A stretch of DNA of 64,000 nucleotides, taken from the NCBI GenBank assembly GCA_965223155.1, contig CBDCVR010000014.1:640001-704000 (forward strand). The letters are read 5' to 3'. The notes under the pieces are model-generated. The model saw nothing but the letters and a program-made list of their open reading frames with translations, ran no database searches and had not been told where the DNA came from. Positions within the stretch are counted from its first letter, which is position 1, and every line of letters begins with the position of its first letter. Shown in pieces: positions 1 to 9,645 of this stretch. This DNA comes from Candidatus Multivoradales bacterium (GTDB lineage: Bacteria; Acidobacteriota; Thermoanaerobaculia; Multivoradales; JAHEKO01). The position numbers and the translations under genes are program-made.

Positions 1-317
1 AAGACGATCCCGGGCTCGAGGGTCCCGGCCCCCATCTCGACAGGACGCTGGCCGGCAGCGCCGGGCTCATGCTGGGCGGCCGGCAGGCGCACCACCACCT
101 CCTGGCCTCGACGCAGCTTGAGACCGGTCCGGATCCGTCCCACCGCCGCCGGCTGAGGGTCCTTGAACGGCTCGACCGCGACCCGGCCTTGCCGGACCGC
201 CGCCTGCACTCCATTGCGAGATCGCCAACGCAGCCGGTTCGCGAGGAACGCGTCTAGCCTGGAGCCGTGGTCCGGACGGCCGACCTCGAAGCGCCATTCC
301 TGGACCGGAGCGCTCAT
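1..317 (-). CDS. RluA/RluD-family RNA pseudouridine synthase, 5' part (S4 domain); runs off the window edge
   Basis: Manual translation from ATG at 317 gives MSAPVQEWRFEVGRPDHGSRLDAFLANRLRWRSRNGVQAAVRQGRVAV..., an S4-like RLDxFL...SR..Q..V..G.V.V pattern. The frame is open to position 1 and absent from the ORF track. Confidence 0.7.
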   Translation of the reverse strand, partial: MSAPVQEWRFEVGRPDHGSRLDAFLANRLRWRSRNGVQAAVRQGRVAVEPFKDPQPAAVGRIRTGLKLRRGQEVVVRLPAAQHEPGAAGQRPVEMGAGTLEPGIV

Positions 318-485
318 GTCGCGCTGCCCACGCGGCGGCTTGGCGGGCGAGGCTCTCACGAGCGGACTCTAGCAGCCCGTCGTCGAGGTTCAGGGCCCGT
401 CGGAAACCGTCCAAGAACGGAACCGCGCCCTTCTTTCCGCCCCGCCCTGGTGCCCGATAGACTTGGTTCGGGCGGGCAAATCGTC

Positions 486-1526
486 ATGAGCGAGCGCATC
501 ATTCTTCAGGACAACCTCTGGTTCCGAGGCAAGCCTCACTACGCCAACTATCGGCTGAACGGCCGCCCCATGATCTCGCTCCAGCCCCGGCTGGGCCTGA
601 CTTCGAGCAACGATCCCGTGGCCAAGCGTCAGGAGTTGCGCTGGCTGAATGAGTACACGGGCCAGAACGGGCGCGGCCTCGTCATCGCGCTCGAGTGGAT
701 CACCCGTGGTGACCGCATCGACCGCAACCTCAACCGAACCTGGCTACCGGTCTTCGAGCGCGCATGTCCACGCGGCAAGTGGTGCCTCTTCTATGACCCG
801 ATCCTGGCCATGATCCGCCACGATCTCATCCGGCCCAACCAGCCCGTCGACTTCAGCCGCCGGGAGGTCCTGCGGGTCTGGCGGCGCGATCTGCGCTACT
901 TCCGCAGGTACTTCGACCATCCTCAGTACTGGCGTCTGGGCGGCCAGCCGGTGCTCTACGTGTGGGCCGCCTTTGCTCTGGAATCGGTCGATCGCGCCTT
1001 CCGGCTCGCCCGCAACCGGGGTATCTACGTCCTCGCCGACGCCCTCGGCGGGCACGGCCTTCCCGACTCGGCCAGCGGCGTCACCGGCTTCATTGCCGCC
1101 TATCCGGGCCTGAAACGCAAGCTCTATCACTGGAACGACCTGCTCCCCGACTACCGAGCGGAGCTCGTCAGTCTCTCCGGAGCCGCACTCAGAGCCGGCG
1201 TCGACTTCATCCCAGCCGGCTCGTTCCAGTACGACGACGCGCAGTTCATGAAGGCGCGGGGCCGGGGCGAGAAGGCCCTGAAGATCGTCGCCCGCGACGG
1301 CGGCCAGCTCGAAACGGTGCTGGACCTGGCTTGGAAGATGGCCGTTCCCGTCGACGGGACCCGCTACCTGTTCTGGGGCACGCTCAACAACTGGGCCGAA
1401 TCGACGACGGTGCTTCCGACCTTGCGCGTGGGCCCGACGTTCCCGTCAAACCGGGTGGGCAACTACGGTTTCGCCCACCTCGAGGCGATCGGCAACGTCA
1501 TGTTCCCGGACCGCAAGACCGGCTAG
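486..1526 (+). CDS. Glycoside hydrolase family 99/71-like protein
   Basis: YFDHPQYWRLGGQPVLYVW and TLNNWAESTTV resemble GH99/GH71 motifs (GxPVxxxY, NEWxEGT). The ATG at 486 follows a TAGACT -10-like box. Confidence 0.55.
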   Translation: MSERIILQDNLWFRGKPHYANYRLNGRPMISLQPRLGLTSSNDPVAKRQELRWLNEYTGQNGRGLVIALEWITRGDRIDRNLNRTWLPVFERACPRGKWCLFYDPILAMIRHDLIRPNQPVDFSRREVLRVWRRDLRYFRRYFDHPQYWRLGGQPVLYVWAAFALESVDRAFRLARNRGIYVLADALGGHGLPDSASGVTGFIAAYPGLKRKLYHWNDLLPDYRAELVSLSGAALRAGVDFIPAGSFQYDDAQFMKARGRGEKALKIVARDGGQLETVLDLAWKMAVPVDGTRYLFWGTLNNWAESTTVLPTLRVGPTFPSNRVGNYGFAHLEAIGNVMFPDRKTG

Positions 1527-2062
1527 CTGCCGGCGCCGATCTCGAAGGCCACGGCAAGCCGCTCCCAGCGCAGGACGACCCGGCCTTCGTCGATCGCGAA
1601 CGACAGCGACTCGACGAACTCGGCATCTTCGGGCACGGCCTGGATCCTGAGGGCATCCTCCCCGGCATCGTAGCCGTAGGCACCCCACTGGTCCGCGACT
1701 CGATTCAGGATGACGGTCCACTCCCCCTCTCCCGGAATCGTGAAGAGACCGTAGCGGCCAGCGGCCAGGGCCTGTCCTCCGACCATGACCGGACCCGCAA
1801 AGGCGATCGTCGTGGCCTCGTCGGCACCGGTTCGCCAGACGCGGTCGTAGGGAACCAAGGCTCCCCAGATCTCGCGGCCCTTGACGTTGGGCCGGCCGTA
1901 CTCGATCGTGATCTCGACGCCATCGACCACCCCGTCAGTGCGGCCGTTCTTGCTGGCTCGATTGGCGTCATCCCCGCGCTCGGCCGCCGCGGCCCCGCAA
2001 AACGCGGCAGCAACGAGAAGACCCGCGGTAATCGTTCTGGAACTTGGCAGTCTCCGGCGCAT
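1523..2062 (-). CDS. DUF2911 domain secreted protein
   Basis: IEYGRPNVKGREIWGALVPYDRVWRTGADEAT signature, signal peptide, and AAGGAG upstream of the ATG at 2062. Confidence 0.85.
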   Translation of the reverse strand: MRRRLPSSRTITAGLLVAAAFCGAAAAERGDDANRASKNGRTDGVVDGVEITIEYGRPNVKGREIWGALVPYDRVWRTGADEATTIAFAGPVMVGGQALAAGRYGLFTIPGEGEWTVILNRVADQWGAYGYDAGEDALRIQAVPEDAEFVESLSFAIDEGRVVLRWERLAVAFEIGAGS

Positions 2063-2072
2063 CCTCATCTCC

Positions 2073-2600
2073 TTACTCACGCTGTCCGGGGCCGGACCGC
2101 ACCGCGGCGGCGGCCACCATTTTGGGCGTCATCATCCATGCTAGTACACCGGCACCAAAGTTGACCTCCGACCAGTTGACCACGGCGAAGTCCAGTCGCG
2201 CCAGAGCGGCCGTAACCATCTTGATCCGAGCCTCCCCCGCGAAAGCGCCGGCCGCGGCCGACCAAGTCGGCTCGTGGCCCACCACCAGGAGACGCGCCAC
2301 GCTCGGCTCCTGGCGCTGGATCTCCTCCAGAAGCACCCTTCGGGACGGCAAGTAGAGCCGATCGACGCGCTCGATCGGGCAGGCCCACCCTCCGGCCTCG
2401 GCGGCGCGCTCGGCGGTACGCCGGGCACGCTCGGCGGTTGACGTGAGGACTCGGTCCGGCACCTGGCCGGCGGCCGCCAACAGTTCTCCCACCAGGGCCG
2501 CGGCCTTCTCCCCCCTGGGGGCCAGCGGCCGATCGTGGTCCGAGGCCGCGCCCGCCGACCAATCCGATTTGCCGTGCCGCAAGAGATAGAGGTGCTTCAT
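2073..2600 (-). CDS. sixA: SixA-like phosphohistidine phosphatase
   Basis: LLRHGKS, DHDRPL and VVGHEP histidine-phosphatase motifs; divergent from ppk1. Confidence 0.85.
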   Translation of the reverse strand: MKHLYLLRHGKSDWSAGAASDHDRPLAPRGEKAAALVGELLAAAGQVPDRVLTSTAERARRTAERAAEAGGWACPIERVDRLYLPSRRVLLEEIQRQEPSVARLLVVGHEPTWSAAAGAFAGEARIKMVTAALARLDFAVVNWSEVNFGAGVLAWMMTPKMVAAAAVRSGPGQRE

Positions 2601-2676
2601 CGCGAGGGCGCCATTCTAGTGGGAATACGCCTGCCGCTTGCCAGAGGCGCCGGCCGTTCGTACCATGGTCGGTCCC

Positions 2677-4866
2677 ATGACGACTCTGGAACTCATTCCG
2701 CAGCCTAGCGCGCTGGACGCGTCCGAGCTCTTCTTCAATCGGGAGCTGAGCTGGCTGGAGTTCAACTCGAGGGTCTTGGACGAGGCGGCCCGAAGCTCCA
2801 CGCCGTTGCTCGAACGGGTCAAGTTCCTGGCCATCTTCGGCTCCAACCTGGACGAGTTTTTCATGGTTCGGGTCTCGGGCCTGCGCAACCAGCTCGAATC
2901 GGGAGCCCTCCAGGCTCCGCCCGACGGCATGAGTCCGTCCGAGCAGCTCGCCGCCATCCGGCAGCGAGTTCTGCCCGACCTGGATCGAGCCTCGACCTGT
3001 TTCGGCGAGGAGATCCTTCCCGCCCTGGACAAGGCCGGGATCCATCTGCACCGCTACGACGGGTTGAAGAAGAAGCAGAAACGGCTGCTCCGCAAGCTCT
3101 TCAAGAAGGAGATCTATCCCATCCTGACGCCCCTGGCCGTGGACCTCAGCCACCCCTTCCCGCACATCTCGAACCGCAGCATCAATCTCGCGGTCGTCAT
3201 CCACGATCCCGAGCACGGCGAGCGCTTCGCCCGGGTCAAGGTGCCTTCGCTGATCCCGAGGCTGCGCCGGATCCCCAGTGAGGACCGCGCCGACGAGTAC
3301 GACTCGCTGGGACTCGTGGACAGCGGCGAGGCCCATTTCGTGTGGCTCGAAGAGGTCATCGCGGCCAACCTGGACCGGCTCTTTCCGGGATTCGAGGTGG
3401 TCGCTTCCTACCCATTCCGGGTCACTCGGGACGCCGACCAGGAAATCGAGCAGGACGAGGCCGCCGACCTTCTGGCAGCCATGCAGGAAGTCGTCGATCA
3501 GCGCCACTTCGGCTCGGTCGTCCGGCTGGAAGTGGACCGCGACATGCCGGACACGATCCGCCAGCTCCTGGTCCAGAACCTGGGACTGGCGCCGTATCAG
3601 GTCTACGAGAGCGCCGGACCACTGGGCCTCTCCGACCTGCTGCAGCTCACCGGCCTCGACCGCCCCGACCTCAAGGATGTCCCCTTCCTGCCCGACTTCC
3701 CGCACGACCTGACCGGCGACGCCGACATCTTCCGCGTGCTGCGATCCCGGGACGTCGTCCTCTACCACCCGTACGACAGCTTCCGCCCGGTGGTCGACTT
3801 CCTGAGCCAGGCCGCCGAAGATCCGCAGGTCGTGGCCATCAAGCAGACCCTCTACCGGGTCGGAGCCAATTCCCCGATCGTCGCGGCCTTGATGGAAGCG
3901 CGCGAGAACGGCAAGCAGGTGGCGGCGCTGGTAGAGCTTCGCGCCCGCTTCGACGAGGAGAAGAACATCACCTGGGCCCGCGCCCTGGAACGAGCCGGGG
4001 TCCATGTGGTCTACGGCGTGCCCGACCTCAAGACCCACGCCAAGGTTTGCTTGGTGGTGCGCCAGGAAGAGCACGGCATCCGGCGGTACGTCCACATCGG
4101 AACCGGCAACTACAACCCGGCGACCGCCCGGGTCTATACGGACCTGGCCTTCTTCACGATCGACGAGAAGATCGTCGCCGACGTCTCGGACCTGTTCAAC
4201 GCTCTCACCGGCTACTCGCGCAAGACCGAATACCGCAAGCTGCTCGTCGCTCCGCACGGTCTGCGGAGCGAGCTCCTGGCCCGGATCGACCGGGAGATCG
4301 AGGTTCACCGGGCGACCGGCGACGGCTACATCGCCTTCAAGATGAACGCCCTGGTCGACAAGGACTGTATCCAGGCCCTGTACCGCGCTTCCCAGGCGGG
4401 CGTCCGCATCGATCTTCTGGTGCGCGGCATTTGCTGCTTGCGCCCGGGTGTCGCCGGCGTCAGCGAGACCATCCGAGTGGTCTCGATCGTGGGCCGGTTC
4501 CTGGAACACTCGCGAATGTACTACTTCCGCAACGGCGGCGACGAAGAGCTCTTCGTGGGCAGCGCCGATCTCATGCCGCGCAATCTGGACGGCCGGGTCG
4601 AGGTCCTGGTGCCGATCGAGGATCCGGCCTTGCGCAGAGCCTTGGTCGAGGAAGTCCTCGCGCTCCATCTGGACGACCGGACGCAGGCCGCTGAGCTCAG
4701 GCCGAACGGTAGCTACCGGCGGCTAGGGAACCAAGACGAGGACGGCGGTCTCGACTCGCAAGCCCACCGGCTGGCCAACCGCGGCACCTGGCTCTTGGAA
4801 GAGCCGCAGCTGGCCGAGCCCGCCCGGGAGGTTGACTCGGAGCCTCCGTCCACGCCGAAGACCTAG
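2677..4866 (+). CDS. ppk1: Polyphosphate kinase 1
   Basis: FNRELSWLEFNSRVL, NLDEFFMVRV, HPFPHI, LKTHAK, GTGNYN, GRFLEHSR and SADLMPRNL motifs. Start is 2677 or 2665. Confidence 0.97.
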   Translation: MTTLELIPQPSALDASELFFNRELSWLEFNSRVLDEAARSSTPLLERVKFLAIFGSNLDEFFMVRVSGLRNQLESGALQAPPDGMSPSEQLAAIRQRVLPDLDRASTCFGEEILPALDKAGIHLHRYDGLKKKQKRLLRKLFKKEIYPILTPLAVDLSHPFPHISNRSINLAVVIHDPEHGERFARVKVPSLIPRLRRIPSEDRADEYDSLGLVDSGEAHFVWLEEVIAANLDRLFPGFEVVASYPFRVTRDADQEIEQDEAADLLAAMQEVVDQRHFGSVVRLEVDRDMPDTIRQLLVQNLGLAPYQVYESAGPLGLSDLLQLTGLDRPDLKDVPFLPDFPHDLTGDADIFRVLRSRDVVLYHPYDSFRPVVDFLSQAAEDPQVVAIKQTLYRVGANSPIVAALMEARENGKQVAALVELRARFDEEKNITWARALERAGVHVVYGVPDLKTHAKVCLVVRQEEHGIRRYVHIGTGNYNPATARVYTDLAFFTIDEKIVADVSDLFNALTGYSRKTEYRKLLVAPHGLRSELLARIDREIEVHRATGDGYIAFKMNALVDKDCIQALYRASQAGVRIDLLVRGICCLRPGVAGVSETIRVVSIVGRFLEHSRMYYFRNGGDEELFVGSADLMPRNLDGRVEVLVPIEDPALRRALVEEVLALHLDDRTQAAELRPNGSYRRLGNQDEDGGLDSQAHRLANRGTWLLEEPQLAEPAREVDSEPPSTPKT

Positions 4867-4925
4867 CCTGCCCTTCTCACCAACCCTGGCGATCGGCGCG
4901 GCCGCCTCCGGAGGGAATGGACTGC

Positions 4926-6155
4926 TCAGTAGAGCTTGTCCAGAAACGCCCGGTCCAAGTCCGTCAGATCGGCGCCGCGGCCGTCTCGATGGAAGGTGGC
5001 CCGCATCAAGGCGTTCCGCTTGGCCGGCGTATCGCAGTCTCCGGAACCGTCGTCGCCGCAGATGTGGCCGATGCCCAGAGTGTGCCCCAGCTCGTGGCCG
5101 AACACCTGCTCCTTGGCCTTGCGGTCGCCCTTGAAGAGGCACTTGGTGCCGTCGTTGGTGATGATGTCGGCTTCCACCGCCACGTTGGCCTTACCCTTGC
5201 CGATCTTTGCCGGGATCTTCTTGATCGCCGGAAAGCGACCATTGAACCAGGGCCCGCCAACCGCGATCACGCCACCGAAGAAACACGAGAACGAGCCCTC
5301 GATCTCGAAGTTGGGGTCCTCGAAGATCAGCGCGTTGACGCCGTCGGTGGTTCCGAAGCCCGTCTTCGACGGAGTGCGGCCGCCGAACTTGAGGTCCACG
5401 ATGGTGTCCGGATCCTGAGTCCAAGCCTTGAGAGCCGCCCGAAACGGCCGGCGAGCGCCGGCCAGGCCGCGCGCCTGGCGCCAGACCACCTTGCCGCCGT
5501 CATCGAACTCGAAGAAACGGATGGGCTTGTTCTTGGGGCCGCGAATCAACGTGGCCTGGGCGGCGTGGGACGCCGTCGAATCGTCGCCGACCAGATAGTC
5601 GCGGGCGCGAACGATGCCACGCGACCGGTCGGCGAGCCAGTCGGCAAATCGGTCGAAGTCGCGCACTCCCCGCTCGGTCGCGTCCTCGGCGCGTCCCAGC
5701 TCGAGCGTGCCTTCCAGATTCCGGAGCGCCATGCGCGAGCCCAAGACCTCCCGCTCCAGAAACGAGCCCAGCATCATGTGCAGGACGCCGTAGGTGCCGT
5801 CGGCGCGCGGATTCAGAAACACGATCGCCCGGTCCCCTTCGCCAAATTCGGGCGCTCCGAACACTTGCAGAACCATTCCATCCGGCCGGCTTCCGCCGGG
5901 GACCCGGACGACGATGGTGGTGCCGCTGACCTCTCCTTTGAGCAACCGCTCGACCAAGACAATGGAGTCGGTGGAGGGGGTCCCCAAGATGGGTGCCGGC
6001 GAGACCGTCAGGACCTCGACTTGAGCGATCACCGCGGCCTGGGAGTGGAGGGCCGCGTCCGACATCATGACGTAGCTCGTGGCTCCGAGCGGCGCGGCCA
6101 GCGCCAAGGCCGCAACGAACAAACTAGCGAGGCTTCCGAGCGGGAATTTTCTCAT
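4926..6155 (-). CDS. Secreted metzincin zinc metalloprotease (matrixin/M10-like)
   Basis: Signal peptide, HELGHTLGIGH zinc motif and downstream Met-turn (NALMRA). Confidence 0.8.
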   Translation of the reverse strand: MRKFPLGSLASLFVAALALAAPLGATSYVMMSDAALHSQAAVIAQVEVLTVSPAPILGTPSTDSIVLVERLLKGEVSGTTIVVRVPGGSRPDGMVLQVFGAPEFGEGDRAIVFLNPRADGTYGVLHMMLGSFLEREVLGSRMALRNLEGTLELGRAEDATERGVRDFDRFADWLADRSRGIVRARDYLVGDDSTASHAAQATLIRGPKNKPIRFFEFDDGGKVVWRQARGLAGARRPFRAALKAWTQDPDTIVDLKFGGRTPSKTGFGTTDGVNALIFEDPNFEIEGSFSCFFGGVIAVGGPWFNGRFPAIKKIPAKIGKGKANVAVEADIITNDGTKCLFKGDRKAKEQVFGHELGHTLGIGHICGDDGSGDCDTPAKRNALMRATFHRDGRGADLTDLDRAFLDKLY

Positions 6156-6476
6156 CGAGGTCTCCTTTGGGCCCGGGCATCCTACCGTACGAGCGGGGGC
6201 CGCCGGGCTGATACGGTTTCAGCAATCGCCCCACGGGTTCCGGGGCGGATCGGAGCCGATCCGTACGCCTAGAGTCTGTGGTAGGCGAAATGGAGGTCGC
6301 GGGTGGGAAAGTTAGTTCTTGCTACACTGACTGGCGGAGAGTGGTCGACTCGAACTCGACCGTTTTCTTGGGCGCCCTCACGCGGACTTGAGTCCGCGAA
6401 TCCGACCAACAAGCCCCTTTGGTGTTACGATCCAGCGCGGTTTTCCCGCGCCGTGTCCAAAGGGAGGATTTGTGCC

Positions 6477-6839
6477 GTGGAAAAGAAGCCCGAAAGTGTA
6501 GAGTTCAGGTTCGTCAATAGCAACTACTGGAGAGTGATCCACGCGGACGGCGTTTACGGAGGGGTTACACCCCGGGGTGACATCCTCATGTCCGTGTGGA
6601 GTCAGAGGACAGCACTACCAACTAGCGTTACGCACGAGATCCTCGCCGACGGACTGGGGAAAGAAATTGCAAGAGAGAGTAGCGGTGCTGTGATTCGAGA
6701 ACTTGAGGCCGGTATCGTTCTCGACGTGGAGCTTGCGAAAGTGGTCGTCAAATGGCTCCAAGAGAAGATCAAAGATCACTCGAAGCTTGTGCAGTCCCTG
6801 GGAGACGAGAATGATCCTGGAAGCAACGAGTCAGAGTAG
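6477..6839 (+). CDS. Hypothetical protein, first gene of the TA islet
   Basis: GGGAGG RBS then GTG at 6477; globular-looking sequence (RVIHADGVYGGVTPRG); overlaps the next gene. Confidence 0.7.
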   Translation: MEKKPESVEFRFVNSNYWRVIHADGVYGGVTPRGDILMSVWSQRTALPTSVTHEILADGLGKEIARESSGAVIRELEAGIVLDVELAKVVVKWLQEKIKDHSKLVQSLGDENDPGSNESE

Positions 6840-7122
6840 CGCGATGGCAGGATTCGCTCTGAACCTGACCGCGAGCGGTACACAGGCGGTGCGGGGAGCG
6901 TTCTTCAAGGACAAGTGGCGTTTCGCCAGTACTCGACGAGCGGTCCAGGTGGTCAAGTTCGCCAGCAAGATCGAACAGCTTACCGCTCGAATCCGGGAGC
7001 TGGAGACTCAAAACACTGAGTTGCTGCACCTGCAAGCAGTTCAAGAGGCTACGCGCGCATCGGCTCGGTCTCTTGCCGAAGGCTGGGACAACCCGCTAGA
7101 TGCCAAGTACGACGACCTATGA
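6811..7122 (+). CDS. Putative antitoxin for the downstream PemK/MazF toxin
   Basis: C-terminal SLAEGWDNPLDAKYDDL tail, of the type seen on genes overlapping PemK-like toxins; overlaps the toxin start. Confidence 0.65.
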   Translation: MILEATSQSSAMAGFALNLTASGTQAVRGAFFKDKWRFASTRRAVQVVKFASKIEQLTARIRELETQNTELLHLQAVQEATRASARSLAEGWDNPLDAKYDDL

Positions 7123-7468
7123 GCCAGGTCAGGTTCTGACTGTTGATTACCGCCATACAGACGGTAGCTCTGGGGGTAAACGGCCGGTAGTCGTTCTCAG
7201 CACCAAGAAACACAACTCTCGTGACGTAGTCGTCGCCCAGATTAGTACCCAACTCCACCAGCTTCGCTTGCCCGGATCGGTGGAGCTGAAGGACTGGCAG
7301 CAAGCGGGTCTATTCGACCGCTCACTTGTGAAGCCGGTCTTTGCGAGCTACCAACTCGCCGATGTCAGGAAAATCCTGGGAAGCCTGAGCAATCGGGACT
7401 GGCGGGCGGTCAAGCTGAGCGTCGCAGAAGTGCTCGGTTTCGCCATAGTCAAGAGGAAGCCAAGCTAG
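7100..7468 (+). CDS. Type II toxin, PemK/MazF family
   Basis: HTDGSSGGKRPVVVLS, VVVAQIST and DWQQAGL..SLVKP PemK-like motifs. Confidence 0.85.
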   Translation: MPSTTTYEPGQVLTVDYRHTDGSSGGKRPVVVLSTKKHNSRDVVVAQISTQLHQLRLPGSVELKDWQQAGLFDRSLVKPVFASYQLADVRKILGSLSNRDWRAVKLSVAEVLGFAIVKRKPS

Positions 7469-7506
7469 CTGAAAACGAAACTACTTTCCCGGCTTGGCAG
7501 CCCCTG

Positions 7507-8724
7507 CTACGCCGTGTGCCGGCTCGCCACGCGCGTGGCCCGTTCGGGCCGGCGGGCCAGGCGCAGATGGTCGGCCGCCTCCGCCACCCTCCGGTACCCG
7601 AGGAGGTGGAAGAGCTCGAGCGGCAGCACGCGGGCGATCCGCCGGTTGACCTCGACCTCGCGCAAGCCCGGATCCAGGGCACGGACGCCGGGCAGCCAGC
7701 CGACGCCCCGGTCCAGGCGCAGGCGCCGGAGCGCCGCCGACACGCTCAACCAGACGGTCTTGATCGGCCGGACGACGAAGTAGCCGTCTTCGCCCTGGGG
7801 CTGATACAGGGGCATGAGGAGCAGGCCGCCGATCGGCACGTCCACCGGCTGGCCGTTCTCACGGGCCACGGTCCGGCCCACATCGACCGGCTGGAAACCC
7901 CGGAAGTTGGGCAGCATCTCGAAACCCGATCCAGGGCGGATGGCATGCCGGTGGCGCACTTCCACCACTGCCGGCAGACCGCGGCTCTCGGTCCGCAGCC
8001 GGCGCCGGCTGGCGCGCACGCGCGGATGACCGCGCTCGAGCAGGCCGCAAGCCGCGAGCGTCAGCCAGATGGCGCATTCGGCGCGCTCGACCGAGCGGGG
8101 ATCGTCGTGCTGTCCGGCTTCGAAGCCCACCGTCCGCACCCCGACCGAGCTCAAGAAGTCGAGCATCGTGCCCTCCAACTCTTCCTCGATCCCGAGGATG
8201 AGCGGCACCTCGAGCGAGCGGGCCAGACGGCGATTGGCCAGCGTGTCGTCGAAGACCACGAAGGCCGGTCCCCAACCGGAGGTCGAGTGCAGATCCAGCG
8301 CGGACACCGGTCCCACGGCCCGGTCCAGAACCGTCCGAACCTCGGCCCACAGCTCCCGTGTTTCTCGATCTTCGCTGACTTGAGCGCCGGCTTCGTCACC
8401 GGCCTCGCCGGTTACCGATTCCTGGCACCAGACTCGGTTCAGATCCTGATCCACGAACCGGACGCCGCGGGCCAAGGCTCGCCGGTTGCCGGTCAGTCCG
8501 ACGACGTAGCCGGCCAGACCACCCCCGGCAGTCTCGAGATCCGCCAGCACCCGCCGGAAGGCGTGGTACCCGGACGGCTCGTTGCCATGGATGGCGGCGA
8601 TCACGATCAGAGTCGGGCCGGCCGTGGGATCGCCCACCGCGCCCAAGACGCGCGGCGGCAGCTCCACGGGCTCAGGCGGCGGGCTCGCCGCCGGCGCAGG
8701 AGCGGATTCTGTCCTGATCTCCAA
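7507..8724 (-). CDS. Succinylglutamate desuccinylase/aspartoacylase (AstE/AspA, M14-like) family protein
   Basis: IHGNEPSG, DLNR, LDLHST and FEAGQH motifs. The TTG start at 8724 is inferred, downstream of a TAGAAT box at 8774-8779. Confidence 0.8.
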   Translation of the reverse strand: MEIRTESAPAPAASPPPEPVELPPRVLGAVGDPTAGPTLIVIAAIHGNEPSGYHAFRRVLADLETAGGGLAGYVVGLTGNRRALARGVRFVDQDLNRVWCQESVTGEAGDEAGAQVSEDRETRELWAEVRTVLDRAVGPVSALDLHSTSGWGPAFVVFDDTLANRRLARSLEVPLILGIEEELEGTMLDFLSSVGVRTVGFEAGQHDDPRSVERAECAIWLTLAACGLLERGHPRVRASRRRLRTESRGLPAVVEVRHRHAIRPGSGFEMLPNFRGFQPVDVGRTVARENGQPVDVPIGGLLLMPLYQPQGEDGYFVVRPIKTVWLSVSAALRRLRLDRGVGWLPGVRALDPGLREVEVNRRIARVLPLELFHLLGYRRVAEAADHLRLARRPERATRVASRHTA

Positions 8725-8776
8725 GGGCTCTCTGGCTCGAAAAAGGCTCGGCCGGGAAGCCGAGCTGGCGGCTATT

Positions 8777-9625
8777 CTAGCAGGAGTCGGAGCCGTCTTC
8801 GGGGCCCGCCGGACCGAGCCAGCCGGCATAGAGCTCCGGGCGGCGGTCGCGTAGAAAGAGTCGCCGCGCATGGGATGCGGCCACCCGCGACCGGTCCACT
8901 TCGGCGTACAGAATCTCCTCACCGGTGCCGGCCTGGGCGATCACCTCGCCGGAGGGATTGCAGACGTAGGACTCACCGGCAAACTCGAGACAGGGCTCGA
9001 CACCGACGCGGTTGCAAAGCGCCGTGAAGTAGCCGTTCTGAAACGAGGCGACCCTAAGCTCGGCCTCGAACAGCCCGTCGGGCCACTCGCCCACCGACCC
9101 GGCCTGGGGCACCACCACGAGCTCGGCACCCCGCAGCGCCAGGGCGCGCATGTACTCCGGATAGTGGCGATCGTAGCAAATCGCCACGCCGACCCTACCG
9201 GCGCGAGTCTCGTAGACCTGGACGCCGTCCGGGCTGGGCGCGTAGTAGCCCTGCTCATGGAAGCAGGCGTACTCGGTGATGTGGACCATGCGGGTTACGC
9301 CGAGAAGCGTTCCGTCGGCGTCGATCACCGGCGAGCTGTCGTAGGTCGCGTCCCCGGCGCGCTCGAAAAGATTCAGAACCACAACCACTCCGAGCTCGGC
9401 GGCGAGCCGCTGAAACCGCTCGGTCGTGGGGCCGGGAATCGGCTCGGCCAATGAAGCAACGTCCGACCCGGCCGGCTCCTGCGGATAGAACGGCGAGAAG
9501 GCGAGCTCGGCAAAGCCCACCAACCGGGCGCCCTCGCCGGCGGCCCGGCGTACCGCCTCCAAGCCCCGCTCGACGTTGGCCTCGAGATCCACCGTCCCCC
9601 GCTGCTGCACCAGAGCGATCTTCAT
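8777..9625 (-). CDS. Carbon-nitrogen hydrolase (N-carbamoylputrescine amidase/beta-ureidopropionase-like)
   Basis: FAELA, AICYDRHYPE (catalytic Cys) and NRVG nitrilase-superfamily motifs. Confidence 0.85.
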   Translation of the reverse strand: MKIALVQQRGTVDLEANVERGLEAVRRAAGEGARLVGFAELAFSPFYPQEPAGSDVASLAEPIPGPTTERFQRLAAELGVVVVLNLFERAGDATYDSSPVIDADGTLLGVTRMVHITEYACFHEQGYYAPSPDGVQVYETRAGRVGVAICYDRHYPEYMRALALRGAELVVVPQAGSVGEWPDGLFEAELRVASFQNGYFTALCNRVGVEPCLEFAGESYVCNPSGEVIAQAGTGEEILYAEVDRSRVAASHARRLFLRDRRPELYAGWLGPAGPEDGSDSC

Positions 9626-9645
9626 CGACGTCTCCTCCCCGCCGC

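Noticed and set aside
2077-4668. 863-aa minus-strand ORF and similar long antisense ORFs (7516-9027, 12529-14616, 24217-26076, 27543-29681, 60248-61699)
   Set aside because: They are shadow frames of well-supported genes, expected at high GC, and carry no recognisable motifs.
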